Both the position numbers and the translations under genes were made by a program. From the IMG/VR virus record IMGVR_UViG_3300042691_020576: a DNA stretch of 64,000 nucleotides; one strand, given 5' to 3'. Shown here in pieces: positions 36,538 to 47,150 of this stretch. The notes beneath the pieces are model-generated. The model made no database searches. It was not told the DNA's origin and saw only the letters and a list, made by a program, of their open reading frames with translations. This DNA is from a virus (Duplodnaviria > Heunggongvirae > Uroviricota > Caudoviricetes). How positions within the stretch are numbered: the stretch's first letter is position 1; each line of letters starts with the position of its first letter.

Positions 36538-37791
36538 ATGCCTGATAATCAATCCCTTCTTCGCCAACTTGAACAACTTTTGAGTTGGAAGAAGAGTAAA
36601 AAGTTCTATGCAGAAAAGCTAAACATTTCAGAAGATGAGGTTGAAGCTCTGCTGAAAGAACTGAGATCTTCAGAAAATACAAATAAAGATGCTGAAACTG
36701 CAACATACATTGGTGAACTAGAGCAAATAGCCATTAAACATTTCACAGAAGATGTTGCAAAAGGAACGGGAGAGGTTATTTTTCACACAGATGAAGAAAT
36801 CAAGACTCTTGATGAATTAATTCAGAAGTGTAAAATTGATACAGAGAAATGGGAAATTAGCAAATACGTCCAGAATTACTGGGGAAATGCTGAAAAACCA
36901 TATTACCAAGTGAAAGCTTGGTTAACAAAAAAGAAAGACGAACAACTGTTTCAGAACTCCTTCATGGAGTTTTTGACTAGATATAAGCCCGAAGCAAAAG
37001 AGATTTCTCTACCAAGATTTAAACCAGGACATACAGATGCTGCATTGGTGATTAATAAGCAGGATCCTCATTACAACAAGTTGGATGTAAATGGTGAAAA
37101 TGACACGTTTGCTAGATTTTCAACAATTTCATATAAAATAGAACTTATTCTTGAACAAGCTACACTGTCTAACAACTTGGAAAAAATTATCTACATAGTT
37201 GGCTCAGATGAGTTTAACAGTGAGTTTACAGGAACCACTACAAAAGGAACTCCTCAACAGAATACCAAAAGCTATCATGAATCATTTGAAGAGATATGTG
37301 CTCATGAGGTGGCTATGATTGAAATGTTGCTCACCTACTCTAGAAAAGTAGAAATTGTCTATGTTCCTGGTAATCATGATGAGTATGTAGGATGGCACTT
37401 GATAAATTGGTTACAGACATATTTCAGAAACATTGATAGACTGACATTTGATTGTTCTCCAAAATACAGGAAGTATATAAGTTATGGTTTTACAGCAATG
37501 ATGTTTAACCATGGTGATGCAATTAAACCTGCAAAGCTTGCTGGAATATTTCCAATGGAGTTTAAAGAAAGTTGGTCAGATCACGAATTTTTCTATATAT
37601 TCACAGGTGATAAACATCATGAACTGAGTCAAGATTTCAATGGTATCAAGTTCTACCAAGTTCCTGCTTTCTCCACTGCAAAGAGTGGTTGGGACGAAAA
37701 GAATGGCTACACTTGTGCTAAAGGGGAAGTAACAGCTTTCCTTGTTGACAGGTTCTATGGAATGACAAACATATTCAAACAGTATTTATAA
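36538..37791 (+). CDS. calcineurin-like metallophosphoesterase domain protein
   Basis: VYVPGNHDEYVGW (GNH[DE] motif), MFNHGDA and TGDKHHE. Follows a terminator and a short direct repeat; probably starts a new transcription unit. Confidence 0.45.
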   Translation: MPDNQSLLRQLEQLLSWKKSKKFYAEKLNISEDEVEALLKELRSSENTNKDAETATYIGELEQIAIKHFTEDVAKGTGEVIFHTDEEIKTLDELIQKCKIDTEKWEISKYVQNYWGNAEKPYYQVKAWLTKKKDEQLFQNSFMEFLTRYKPEAKEISLPRFKPGHTDAALVINKQDPHYNKLDVNGENDTFARFSTISYKIELILEQATLSNNLEKIIYIVGSDEFNSEFTGTTTKGTPQQNTKSYHESFEEICAHEVAMIEMLLTYSRKVEIVYVPGNHDEYVGWHLINWLQTYFRNIDRLTFDCSPKYRKYISYGFTAMMFNHGDAIKPAKLAGIFPMEFKESWSDHEFFYIFTGDKHHELSQDFNGIKFYQVPAFSTAKSGWDEKNGYTCAKGEVTAFLVDRFYGMTNIFKQYL

Positions 37792-38516
37792 TGTCTACTT
37801 ATAGGAAACTTATTTCAGACGTAAGATCAATGCATAAACTGTTATCAACTGATAGTTTGATAACAGATAGAGCTATTATGTCTGAGATTAAAAACAACGC
37901 TTTCTTACTAATTAAGCGTGAAACAAACCTCAGAAAACTGTGGGCCACTGATACAGTTTTTACCACCATTCCTTGTTTGGAGATGGTGGAAGTTCCTATT
38001 TCAGAATGTTGTGAATACTCAGACCCTTGTTCTGTAGCAAGAACAAAATTTAAACTTCCTCGCATCACTGAAGGTAACTATCAATATGTTATTCAAGGTG
38101 TCTACTCAATCAATGCGATGAGTGGTCAGGGTAAGAAGTTAAAAGAAATAACCATCAACAGATACATTAACCTACTGAAACTCCCAATCGTCAAGAAGGA
38201 AGAGTACTATTGGATTTCCAATGGCTATCTCTATGTGAACAATCCTCTTCTGAAAGCAATTAGACTAGTTGCATTATTTGAAGAAGATGTTCCTAATGAC
38301 ATCATGTATCCTGAGTGCGGTTGTGGAAAAGAGTATACAGTAGATGAGCTTTGCAAAAATCCTCTGGATAAGGAGTCTCCTGTTCCTGGGTATTTGGAAA
38401 AGCAGGTTTTGGAATTAACGTCACAGAAACTTCTGTCTACATACTTCAATATCAAGACAGATATTACAAGTGATGGAGTTGATGGTCAAGCACCTAATGC
38501 TCCAAACTTGAGATAA
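37791..38516 (+). CDS. hypothetical structural protein (241 aa), Cys-containing
   Basis: ATGA-type junction with the upstream gene. Confidence 0.45.
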   Translation: MSTYRKLISDVRSMHKLLSTDSLITDRAIMSEIKNNAFLLIKRETNLRKLWATDTVFTTIPCLEMVEVPISECCEYSDPCSVARTKFKLPRITEGNYQYVIQGVYSINAMSGQGKKLKEITINRYINLLKLPIVKKEEYYWISNGYLYVNNPLLKAIRLVALFEEDVPNDIMYPECGCGKEYTVDELCKNPLDKESPVPGYLEKQVLELTSQKLLSTYFNIKTDITSDGVDGQAPNAPNLR

Positions 38517-38992
38517 TGAGAGTGAAGATAGATTGGCGAAGCGCAAGTAAAGAAAACTACAATAACTTTTGTAAAAAGAATCCCTCAATAAAGCTGAGCT
38601 TTGACGAGTGGAGAAACATTATTTACACTTTCAACGAGTCTTTCAAAGAATACATCCTTGAGACAGGTGAAAGAGCAAAGCTTCCATATGGATTTGGTGA
38701 CTTCTCCATTAATAAGAAGAAGCGTAGAAAAATAAAAGGTGTGGATGGTAAAGAGTTTATCAATCTTCCTATTGACTGGAAAAAGACAAAAGAGAAAGGT
38801 AAACGCATCTACAACTTCAACTTCCATACAGAAGGTCATTTCTTTGGATGGATGTGGTTTAAAGAAACTGCAAGGCTCAAGTTCTCGCAATTGTGGTATT
38901 TCAAACCATCCAGAAACACTTCTAGACTACTATCTCATTATCTAAAAGCCAGCGATAAATATCAACACATTTATCACACATGGAAAATTTAA
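38516..38992 (+). CDS. basic protein (158 aa)
   Basis: Lys/Arg-rich NKKKRRKIKGVDGKEF and KTKEKGKRIY. Possible nucleic-acid-binding virion protein. Confidence 0.4.
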   Translation: MRVKIDWRSASKENYNNFCKKNPSIKLSFDEWRNIIYTFNESFKEYILETGERAKLPYGFGDFSINKKKRRKIKGVDGKEFINLPIDWKKTKEKGKRIYNFNFHTEGHFFGWMWFKETARLKFSQLWYFKPSRNTSRLLSHYLKASDKYQHIYHTWKI

Positions 38993-38997
38993 AATAG

Positions 38998-39969
38998 ATG
39001 TCATACTATTACAAATATAACTTCATTTCTCCTGATATTATCTATTCAACTGTAAAGGAAGAGTTTAAAAGCTACTTCGATACAGGTGCAATAGATGATT
39101 TGATGTTTCCTACCTATCTCGACAAGTGTCTAAGAAAACTGGGCAGGGCAACCTATGTCATTCAAGAGGAAGTGTTGTACATCAATGATTACGAAGCTAG
39201 ACTTCCAGACAACTTCTATGCTGTTCGTGAGGCATGGCTTTGTACAGCAATTAATGGTTTTCCATATCAACAGGCAAATTCATTCTACTCACAAGCTGCA
39301 ACAGAAACAACTATTCAAGTGAGTCCAATTGTAACAGATTGTGCAATTCCTAGTCCTTGTTGTGGAAATGTGGGTTGTGATGGTAGCTGTATGCCTGAGT
39401 TGATCCAGACAGTGTACAAGACTAATAACGAAGCTCCTGTACTATATCGTAGACAATATTTACTAAAACCTGGTAACATATCTGCTCAAAAGAACTGTGC
39501 TGTAGATTACACAAGTAACTGGGAATTCTATCAGGAAGCTCCTCCTCTTCGTGAATTTACACCTGGTTCTGCTGGTTATGATAGCTTTGACATCAGAGAC
39601 AATAAGTTTGTAACAAACTTCCGCAATGGAGTGGTGCACTTGATTTTCTATGCAACTGAGTATGACAATCTAGGAAATCAGCTAATTCCAGACAACTTTC
39701 GTGTGAGAGAATATGTTGAGGCATTCATCAAGTATAAGATGATGGAAACCCTCACGAACCAAACTAATGATGAGACATTTAATCAGCTACAGCAAAAGCT
39801 TATTTACTACAAACAACAAGCTGAAGAAGCTTTCATCATGGCTGATATTGAAATCAAGAAGCAAGATCCTTGGGCCAAACAGCGTAGGATAAAGAATGAC
39901 TTGAACAGATTTAATATGTACGAATTACCTAACCGTATTAACAGATATGGTTGGAGAAGAAATAATTAA
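38998..39969 (+). CDS. hypothetical structural protein (323 aa)
   Basis: Plus ORF in the tail module. Confidence 0.45.
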   Translation: MSYYYKYNFISPDIIYSTVKEEFKSYFDTGAIDDLMFPTYLDKCLRKLGRATYVIQEEVLYINDYEARLPDNFYAVREAWLCTAINGFPYQQANSFYSQAATETTIQVSPIVTDCAIPSPCCGNVGCDGSCMPELIQTVYKTNNEAPVLYRRQYLLKPGNISAQKNCAVDYTSNWEFYQEAPPLREFTPGSAGYDSFDIRDNKFVTNFRNGVVHLIFYATEYDNLGNQLIPDNFRVREYVEAFIKYKMMETLTNQTNDETFNQLQQKLIYYKQQAEEAFIMADIEIKKQDPWAKQRRIKNDLNRFNMYELPNRINRYGWRRNN

Positions 39970-39975
39970 TAAGAC

Positions 39976-42900
39976 ATGGCTGAACAAGAACAAGGTAACA
40001 TAAGACAAGAGTATAACAATGCTACCACTGGTCTTAACATGGACCAGACTGTCAACCAGATCCCTAAGGGTAAGTTGACATATGCATTGAATGCTGTTGT
40101 CGAGAATTATGATGCTAATTCTGTAAACTATCAGAATGAGCCTGGGAATGAACTTTGCGTTACATTCCCTTCTGGCTTTGTGCTTATAGGTAGTCACTTT
40201 ATTCAAGAGAAGAACAAACACATATTCTTTATTACAAATCCAGATGATGGTGCTAGCCAGATTGGATATATGGAGAATAATGATTGTGTCTATCGTGTGC
40301 TTGCTAGTGCACCTTGTCTTAATTTTAATGTAAACTACCCCATCCATAAGATTGCACACAAGATTACAAACTGTACAACTGAAATCTATTGGACTGATGG
40401 ATATAATCCTAGAAGATACATGGATATTGAGAATGTTCCAAAGGTAATTACTCCTGGAACATCTCTTTGTGATCCTGATTATACAGAGGAACTTGATTGT
40501 AACAAACTGAAACTTCAGCCTAATTTCAAGATTCCAGAACTTGAAGTAGTTAATGTTAGTAGCACAGGTAATCTGGAAGCTGGTACATATCAGTTTGCTA
40601 TTCAATATTGTGATCCTCAAGGTAATCCGTATACATCATATTATTCAGTTACCAATCCCACTCCTATTGCTGACCCAGCAATTACAAGTGTAAACTTCAA
40701 TTATCCAGTCGGTAAGTCTATCGTTCTGAGTGTCAAGAACTTAGAGGATAGTGGTTTGTATCAATACTTCAATCTTGCAGTGATACAAACTGTAAATGCC
40801 ATCACTTCCGTTGAGCTTATCGGTACATACTATATTGATAGTCCTCAGAAGGAAATCACGTACACTGGCCAGAATGTTAGTCAGATTCGATTGAGCATCA
40901 ATGATATATTTGAGAAGTTTCCTTTTTATGATATTGCACAAGATTTGACAAATGTGCAAGATGTTCTGGTTTGGGACAATCTTACTTCTATTGATAGAAT
41001 CAACTATCAGAGCATTGCTAGTAAGATAGAATTGATGTGGGAAACATGGAGAATCCCTGCAACAGAAAACTATGCAGATGAGTTAAATGCTACGAATCTC
41101 AGAAGTTACTTGAGAGATGAGGTATATCCTTTTGAAATAGTTTTCTTACTCAGAAACGGTAAGCAAACAGACGGTTTCCATATTCCTGGTAGAGTTAAAA
41201 ATAATTCTGAACTTTCACAACCAGATGTACCGAATACTAATCCTGATTTTATAGGTGAACCTGATTACACATCAGGAGGAATAGGTTATAGCTCATATTG
41301 GAAAATCTATAATACAGGTTCTGTAACAGGATTTTCCTCTGGTTATTCCCCTGCTCCTGAATACAAGGGACCATATCAATATGGTGAATTTGCTTATTGG
41401 GAATCTATAGAGACATATCCTTGTAATGAAAGTGTATGGGGTGACTTAGCTGGTCAGCCTATCAGACATCATAAGTTTCCTGACATTAACATTAGTCCAG
41501 CTTATGAATCTAAGTTGTTTACAACAGCTGCTGGAATGGTGATGGGTAATGATGCTGTATTTCCAATTGGTGTACGTATTGATGTTCAACAAGTTGCATC
41601 ATTAATTGAAACATCCAATCTTACACGTGAACAGAAAGATGATATTGTAGGATTCAAGATTATTCGTGGTGATCGTGGAACAAACAAGTCTATTGTTGCC
41701 AAAGGTATTCTGAGAAACGTAAACACGTATGAAAGAGAGAAGCAAACATATTTCTATCCTAACTATCCATACAATGATCTGAATTCAGATCCATTTCTCA
41801 ATGTGAACAATAATGCATGGTCACAGCTTTGTGAATCGTACCAAGTTGTTATTAACACTTTAGGTCCTGATTCAACTGCTGAAGTGCAATATGTTGATTG
41901 TAACACTAACAAACAGGCTAAGATTAAGTATACACTCACTGGAACATATAATCTTTGCTCTATAGGTAAGCCTGTTGTACTTCCTCCTGCTACAGGTGGG
42001 GTTGGTGTTTCTACATATGAACTTTGGACAGTACAAGTTTGTCCTGGTTTATTTCCTCCAGGTGCACGTGTAGCATGGAATGATATATTCATGGGTCCAT
42101 CTGAAAGATGGGTAGATGGTTGGCCAAGTAGACCAACTCTAACTTTGTATGTGGTTCCTGGTTCAGGTGCTCCTCAGAAAGTTGGTGGTTCAGGTGATTT
42201 GTGTATCAATGGACCAGTAATTGTTACAGGTCCTGATTGTAAAGCAGAAACTCCTCAACCTGGTTTTACAGAGAAGTATAGACAAGTGTTCAATTCTCCT
42301 GAAACATCCTTTGGACAACCATTCTTAGGTAATGTTCTGAAGCTGGAGAGTGTGATGTTTGGTAAAGGTAAGGCTCACTTTGTTGAAGTGAAAGGTAATG
42401 CCAAGTATAAATTATTGACAGAAGAAGCTCAACGTGATGCGTTGGATAGTTCAAATGAGCTTGGTAACAAAACTACGCCATTTAATGCTTCAGCAATGTT
42501 TGCTGCATACCAGGCATATCTAACCATCTATATCAATGGTATTACAAGAAAGAATTATGCATACTCTTTCAACTCTGTTGCTGATTACAACTATGGTGTT
42601 GGAGTTCCTGATAACCAAGGTGTTAAGCAGAGAAATCTTGACATTGCTAGATATTTGATTCCTGGTGTACAGAACGTTAATGATACATACAACATTAACA
42701 ACTTCCAAAGAGAATCATCTGTCTATCTGAGAACTGATTTAAACAAACCAGCTCTTCCTTTTGCAAATGAAAGTCCTAACGTAATTCCTACAGGAGTTAC
42801 AGATAGATCAAGATTTACTATATCTAGCATAGGTAACTGTGATGCTCCTGCTAAAGAAGAAGATATTACAGTAGTTTCTTACTACGCATCTATCAAGAAT

Positions 42901-44955
42901 GTATTCTTAAATCAGTATGGACAAATCTACTCATACGATACTGTAGATACTGGATTTCAATATCTAATTGGCTCAGGAGGAACAAGTGAACAAGTAGTAT
43001 TTGGTGGTGATACATTCATCAGCAGATTTGCTTTCAAGACAAAGCTTCCATTCTTCATTGACAATAGAGTGAATGCTCCTGATGATAGTGACATATTCTA
43101 TGATGAGATTGGTAACATTGCCTATCCAAAGTATTGGCACTCAGCACGTTCTATTCTGAAAGATTACACAAGTGCTGGTGGTGTGCTTTCAAATATCATT
43201 TCATACAAGGCACACAACTTTGATTGTCCAAATAGTCAAGAGCCTGGTCCAAACTCTGTACCTCCTGTAGCTGCAGATAAGAATCCTAACAGAACATTCT
43301 ATGATGGATATTTCTATCTGTTTGCTTATGGCATTCCTAATTTCTATTGTGAGAGCTCATACAACTTAGACTTACGTCAAGCTTTCAACAATAGAGAGGG
43401 TGACTTCTGGCCACACGTGAGTACAGGTATTCCTGACAACTGGTTACAAGAAAACTTTGTGTCAATTGCTCAGGACAACACTTACTACTATAATACAACA
43501 TTCTCTAAGCAAAACAGAGAAAATACATTTACACACCTTCCAATTGATTGGGACAAACCTTGTTATACATTCTATCCATTCAGAGCAATCTATTCTGATT
43601 CTCAGAATATTGATGCTGACAATAGAGTGAATAGCTGGTTGATTTATAGAGCTGCTTCATATTTTGATTTCCCTCAGAACTATGGAAATCTTATCTCTTT
43701 GGATGGTATTCAGAACAGAGCAGTGTTGGCTAGATTTGAGAATAAGACGTTGATGTACAACAACTTATTGACAATTGACACCAGCAACCCTCAAGCTGCA
43801 TACGTAGGTAATCCGATGTTGTTCAGAGGTGCACCTCCAATTGACTTTGCTGAAACTGATTTGGGATATGTAGGAACTCAAAACAAGATGCTCCTCAAGA
43901 TTCCTCAGGGACAGATAACTATTGATGCTAAGCGTGGTCAAGTGTTCTTGATTAGTGGAACAGATGCGGTTGATTTGTCAGGATTTGGTTCTGGTCTGAA
44001 CAGGTTCTTTACAGATCACTTAGCGTTTGAGATATTGCGCTACTTCCCTAATGTTCCTACAGACAACCATTTCACTGGTGTAGGTTTACATGGTGTATAC
44101 GATTCTAAATATGATCGTGTATTAATTACCAAACTTGATTACATTCCTAAAGTTGACAATATCATATACGATGAAACCGATAGACAGTTTTATCTTGTAA
44201 ATACTGTTAACGGTTTGACTGTCAAGAATTTAGTATATTTGACAGATGAAGAATACTTCTGCAATAAAAGCTGGACTGTTTCTTTCAACTTCAATACAAA
44301 GAGTTGGATAAGCTTCCACACCTACCTACCTAACTGGTATATTGGTGAGAACAACTTCTTCTATTCTGGTGTAAACGGTTGTTGTGAAGATATTGATATA
44401 ATTGTTGGTACAGTTGGACCTATTCCAACCACAACCACAACGACAACTATTGCTCCTCCAACAACCACTACAACTACAACAATTGCTATTGATTGTGATC
44501 TTGATGGTGTAGCAATTGAGACTAATTGTGAATTTTCTGGAACAGCAATTATAACTGTACCTCCTCCTGAGCCTCCTTGCGAAAGACCTTCTGGTTTAAT
44601 TACTGAGGTGTTTTACACAGGATATGATATCACATCTCCACCTTCTAATGTTGTTTCTACAGGAAGTTCAGAAGATGCATGTGATGCAGTGTCCTATCTT
44701 AATGAGAACATTGTTGATGGAGAATATGTAAATGTTATTCCTACTTATCAAGTTATTGAGTATCAAGGGTTGGTATTAGGTTCTGAAGTGTATTTGTCCA
44801 ATGGTTTAAATAATTGTGAGACAATTCCTGACGGATGGTATTTTACAGGAGCTTCCCAAAATAGTGGTGTAGTTTTCCAGGTGGTAAATGGACTAATTAT
44901 GAATATTGTAAATTGTTTTCCTACAACAACTACTACCACTACAATTATCAGTTAA
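39976..44955 (+). CDS. large tail structural protein (1659 aa) with C-terminal poly-Thr linkers
   Basis: Very long beta-rich ORF. The C-terminal region carries PIPTTTTTTTIAPPTTTTTTTIAIDCDLDG and ends FPTTTTTTTIIS. The size fits the large tail 'muzzle' or fiber proteins of crAss-like podoviruses. Confidence 0.55.
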   Translation: MAEQEQGNIRQEYNNATTGLNMDQTVNQIPKGKLTYALNAVVENYDANSVNYQNEPGNELCVTFPSGFVLIGSHFIQEKNKHIFFITNPDDGASQIGYMENNDCVYRVLASAPCLNFNVNYPIHKIAHKITNCTTEIYWTDGYNPRRYMDIENVPKVITPGTSLCDPDYTEELDCNKLKLQPNFKIPELEVVNVSSTGNLEAGTYQFAIQYCDPQGNPYTSYYSVTNPTPIADPAITSVNFNYPVGKSIVLSVKNLEDSGLYQYFNLAVIQTVNAITSVELIGTYYIDSPQKEITYTGQNVSQIRLSINDIFEKFPFYDIAQDLTNVQDVLVWDNLTSIDRINYQSIASKIELMWETWRIPATENYADELNATNLRSYLRDEVYPFEIVFLLRNGKQTDGFHIPGRVKNNSELSQPDVPNTNPDFIGEPDYTSGGIGYSSYWKIYNTGSVTGFSSGYSPAPEYKGPYQYGEFAYWESIETYPCNESVWGDLAGQPIRHHKFPDINISPAYESKLFTTAAGMVMGNDAVFPIGVRIDVQQVASLIETSNLTREQKDDIVGFKIIRGDRGTNKSIVAKGILRNVNTYEREKQTYFYPNYPYNDLNSDPFLNVNNNAWSQLCESYQVVINTLGPDSTAEVQYVDCNTNKQAKIKYTLTGTYNLCSIGKPVVLPPATGGVGVSTYELWTVQVCPGLFPPGARVAWNDIFMGPSERWVDGWPSRPTLTLYVVPGSGAPQKVGGSGDLCINGPVIVTGPDCKAETPQPGFTEKYRQVFNSPETSFGQPFLGNVLKLESVMFGKGKAHFVEVKGNAKYKLLTEEAQRDALDSSNELGNKTTPFNASAMFAAYQAYLTIYINGITRKNYAYSFNSVADYNYGVGVPDNQGVKQRNLDIARYLIPGVQNVNDTYNINNFQRESSVYLRTDLNKPALPFANESPNVIPTGVTDRSRFTISSIGNCDAPAKEEDITVVSYYASIKNVFLNQYGQIYSYDTVDTGFQYLIGSGGTSEQVVFGGDTFISRFAFKTKLPFFIDNRVNAPDDSDIFYDEIGNIAYPKYWHSARSILKDYTSAGGVLSNIISYKAHNFDCPNSQEPGPNSVPPVAADKNPNRTFYDGYFYLFAYGIPNFYCESSYNLDLRQAFNNREGDFWPHVSTGIPDNWLQENFVSIAQDNTYYYNTTFSKQNRENTFTHLPIDWDKPCYTFYPFRAIYSDSQNIDADNRVNSWLIYRAASYFDFPQNYGNLISLDGIQNRAVLARFENKTLMYNNLLTIDTSNPQAAYVGNPMLFRGAPPIDFAETDLGYVGTQNKMLLKIPQGQITIDAKRGQVFLISGTDAVDLSGFGSGLNRFFTDHLAFEILRYFPNVPTDNHFTGVGLHGVYDSKYDRVLITKLDYIPKVDNIIYDETDRQFYLVNTVNGLTVKNLVYLTDEEYFCNKSWTVSFNFNTKSWISFHTYLPNWYIGENNFFYSGVNGCCEDIDIIVGTVGPIPTTTTTTTIAPPTTTTTTTIAIDCDLDGVAIETNCEFSGTAIITVPPPEPPCERPSGLITEVFYTGYDITSPPSNVVSTGSSEDACDAVSYLNENIVDGEYVNVIPTYQVIEYQGLVLGSEVYLSNGLNNCETIPDGWYFTGASQNSGVVFQVVNGLIMNIVNCFPTTTTTTTIIS

Positions 44956-44973
44956 TATAATTCAAAGTAACAA

Positions 44974-45840
44974 ATGTCTAAATCAATTGTCATAAAATTA
45001 ACAAGTTCAGGTCCTAAAGCTGGTCCTTTCACAATCAGTGATGAGTTCAAGAACATCATAGCAACTGATGTTACTAAAGCTCAATTGATTGAAGGGGTGA
45101 GTTATAGTGTTGGCGATAATGTTACAATGGTGACTCTTGAATCTACTGGTAAGTGTAAAGTGAAGAAGACTTTTCCCATCACTGTTACAAATCCAGTAGA
45201 ACTTGCTGCAGCTGAATACAAACAAATCACAACAGCATGTATCTGGAGGCATTTAAAGAACCCAGTGATTTACAATCTGTTTTATAATAACGTAGAGCCA
45301 TATATTATTGAATATCCATTTGTATATCAATACAATGATCAAATTTTACAATCTGTACAGGATTACACTAAAGCCTACAGATACTTTATTGATCCAGACG
45401 GTATCTCAGATGACAATAGAAAGGTGGAAACAGACAACCTCTGGTTCAACAAAGCCATTCTATACAACGGACAGCAGTCTACAGGAGTTTTGGAATTGGT
45501 ACCCAAGCCTATAAACAACCTGAAGGAATATATGAAATATCCTGTATATAAGAATGACTCTAAGGTGATTACGTTCACTAAGAGTGATAACTTCTATCAG
45601 TATAACACTTTCTGGTCATTAGTGAGGAATAAACAGGAACCTTTGTTTGTACGTACATGTGAGAACTTATCTTTGGACAAGGTGGTGAATCAAACAAATA
45701 TGGACTATGGTAAGAGATCTTTCAAGAAGGAACCTCTGAGAGCTAAGGAATTGAAGGTTAGACATATTCTTGACAATCGCTCGGATGTGCATTTGGTTAG
45801 TCAGTTTATTTATACACCAGCTCAAATTTCTTATAAGTAA
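44974..45840 (+). CDS. hypothetical tail protein (288 aa)
   Basis: Plus ORF. Confidence 0.45.
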   Translation: MSKSIVIKLTSSGPKAGPFTISDEFKNIIATDVTKAQLIEGVSYSVGDNVTMVTLESTGKCKVKKTFPITVTNPVELAAAEYKQITTACIWRHLKNPVIYNLFYNNVEPYIIEYPFVYQYNDQILQSVQDYTKAYRYFIDPDGISDDNRKVETDNLWFNKAILYNGQQSTGVLELVPKPINNLKEYMKYPVYKNDSKVITFTKSDNFYQYNTFWSLVRNKQEPLFVRTCENLSLDKVVNQTNMDYGKRSFKKEPLRAKELKVRHILDNRSDVHLVSQFIYTPAQISYK

Positions 45841-47147
45841 TGAAAAAGTGGTTAGATAAATATATTCCAAAAGCACAGAATGGTATTGAGGGAACTATGG
45901 GTGGCCTTACAGATAAAGGTTTCAATTACAATGGTGCCTGGGGTGGAACTATGCAAGATGGTGGTTATGTAGATAGTGTGCTAAACGCTAATAAGAATTT
46001 AGACTGGGTGAAAAGACTGTATGAAAAGAACACTCCTTCTATTCAAATTCCTGGTCAGAAAGGTAGAAGTACACACTTTATGGAGTCTGCTGATGGTAGA
46101 GTGTACCCCACTGTTGTAAGACTGCCTGGTGGTAAAATGAAGTATTTAGGAAAAGATGCATATGATTATGCAGACAAGACCAAAACATATATTCAGTTTC
46201 CTTCAGACAAAGAGGCTCAATGGTTTGGTGAGAATTACAAGAAAGGAAAAGGTGTGTTAGGAAACTTTGCAGTGGGTGGTAGTCTTCCTGGTACTGTAGG
46301 ATTCACATATGCACGTACAGCTGGAGCTGCTCCATCCAATGGGCCCTATGCTAAGAAGACAAAGGCTAGTGCACAATTTGGTGACAGTGTGAAAAAATAT
46401 CAAAAGCCAACTCTGAAGGAAATTAGTAAGATTCCAGGAAGAAAAGTGAAAGAAGATTCAAATCTTGAAAACATTTTTGAGATTGTAGATCCTACTGGCA
46501 TATCATCATGGGATGATATTAAACGTTCTTATGATGAGACTGGCTGGTCTCCTCAAACAGCATTGGAAGTTTTTGGTGCAATTCCTCTTCTTGGAAAAGT
46601 TGGAAAGGTTGGAAAAATTGCCAAAGAAGCAGGTAAGGTTTTTGCAATTACTGCAAGACAAGCTAGAAATGCAAGAGTTGCTGGCGAAACATTAAGTGCT
46701 ATTGGTAAATATGGACCCGCAGCAGGAAGAGCCACTGATACTTATCAGGCTTATGATGAGTTTCAGAATGGTGGTGAAATGAAATATTATCAGGAAGGAT
46801 TGGATTTCAAACCAAAGACCATTAGTCAAGATGGTACAGTGATTGATCCTGAGGGATATTGGAATCCTGAGAACTGGGGAAAGGCTGTTGTTATTCCTTC
46901 CAACATCATCACGATGGAGGGGGTTGATCAACCTCTTATTGGTATTTCTGATACAGGTGATGTTCAGTATATGGAGCCTGGAGAAAACTATGAATTTGAT
47001 GGTGAGTATGTAACAGAAATGCCTGTTGCAAAAGGTGGTGTGAGTGTGAACAATGTTGATGCTCAACCACTTAAGAAGTTGGATCAATTGCTTAACTTTA
47101 CAAACTATAACAAACCAACCACTGGCGGCTGGTTAGATAAATATTAA
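45840..47147 (+). CDS. hypothetical protein (435 aa) with a WLDKY motif at both termini
   Basis: Begins MKKWLDKYIPK and ends TTGGWLDKY. ATGA junction with the upstream gene. Confidence 0.45.
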   Translation: MKKWLDKYIPKAQNGIEGTMGGLTDKGFNYNGAWGGTMQDGGYVDSVLNANKNLDWVKRLYEKNTPSIQIPGQKGRSTHFMESADGRVYPTVVRLPGGKMKYLGKDAYDYADKTKTYIQFPSDKEAQWFGENYKKGKGVLGNFAVGGSLPGTVGFTYARTAGAAPSNGPYAKKTKASAQFGDSVKKYQKPTLKEISKIPGRKVKEDSNLENIFEIVDPTGISSWDDIKRSYDETGWSPQTALEVFGAIPLLGKVGKVGKIAKEAGKVFAITARQARNARVAGETLSAIGKYGPAAGRATDTYQAYDEFQNGGEMKYYQEGLDFKPKTISQDGTVIDPEGYWNPENWGKAVVIPSNIITMEGVDQPLIGISDTGDVQYMEPGENYEFDGEYVTEMPVAKGGVSVNNVDAQPLKKLDQLLNFTNYNKPTTGGWLDKY

Positions 47148-47150
47148 AAT

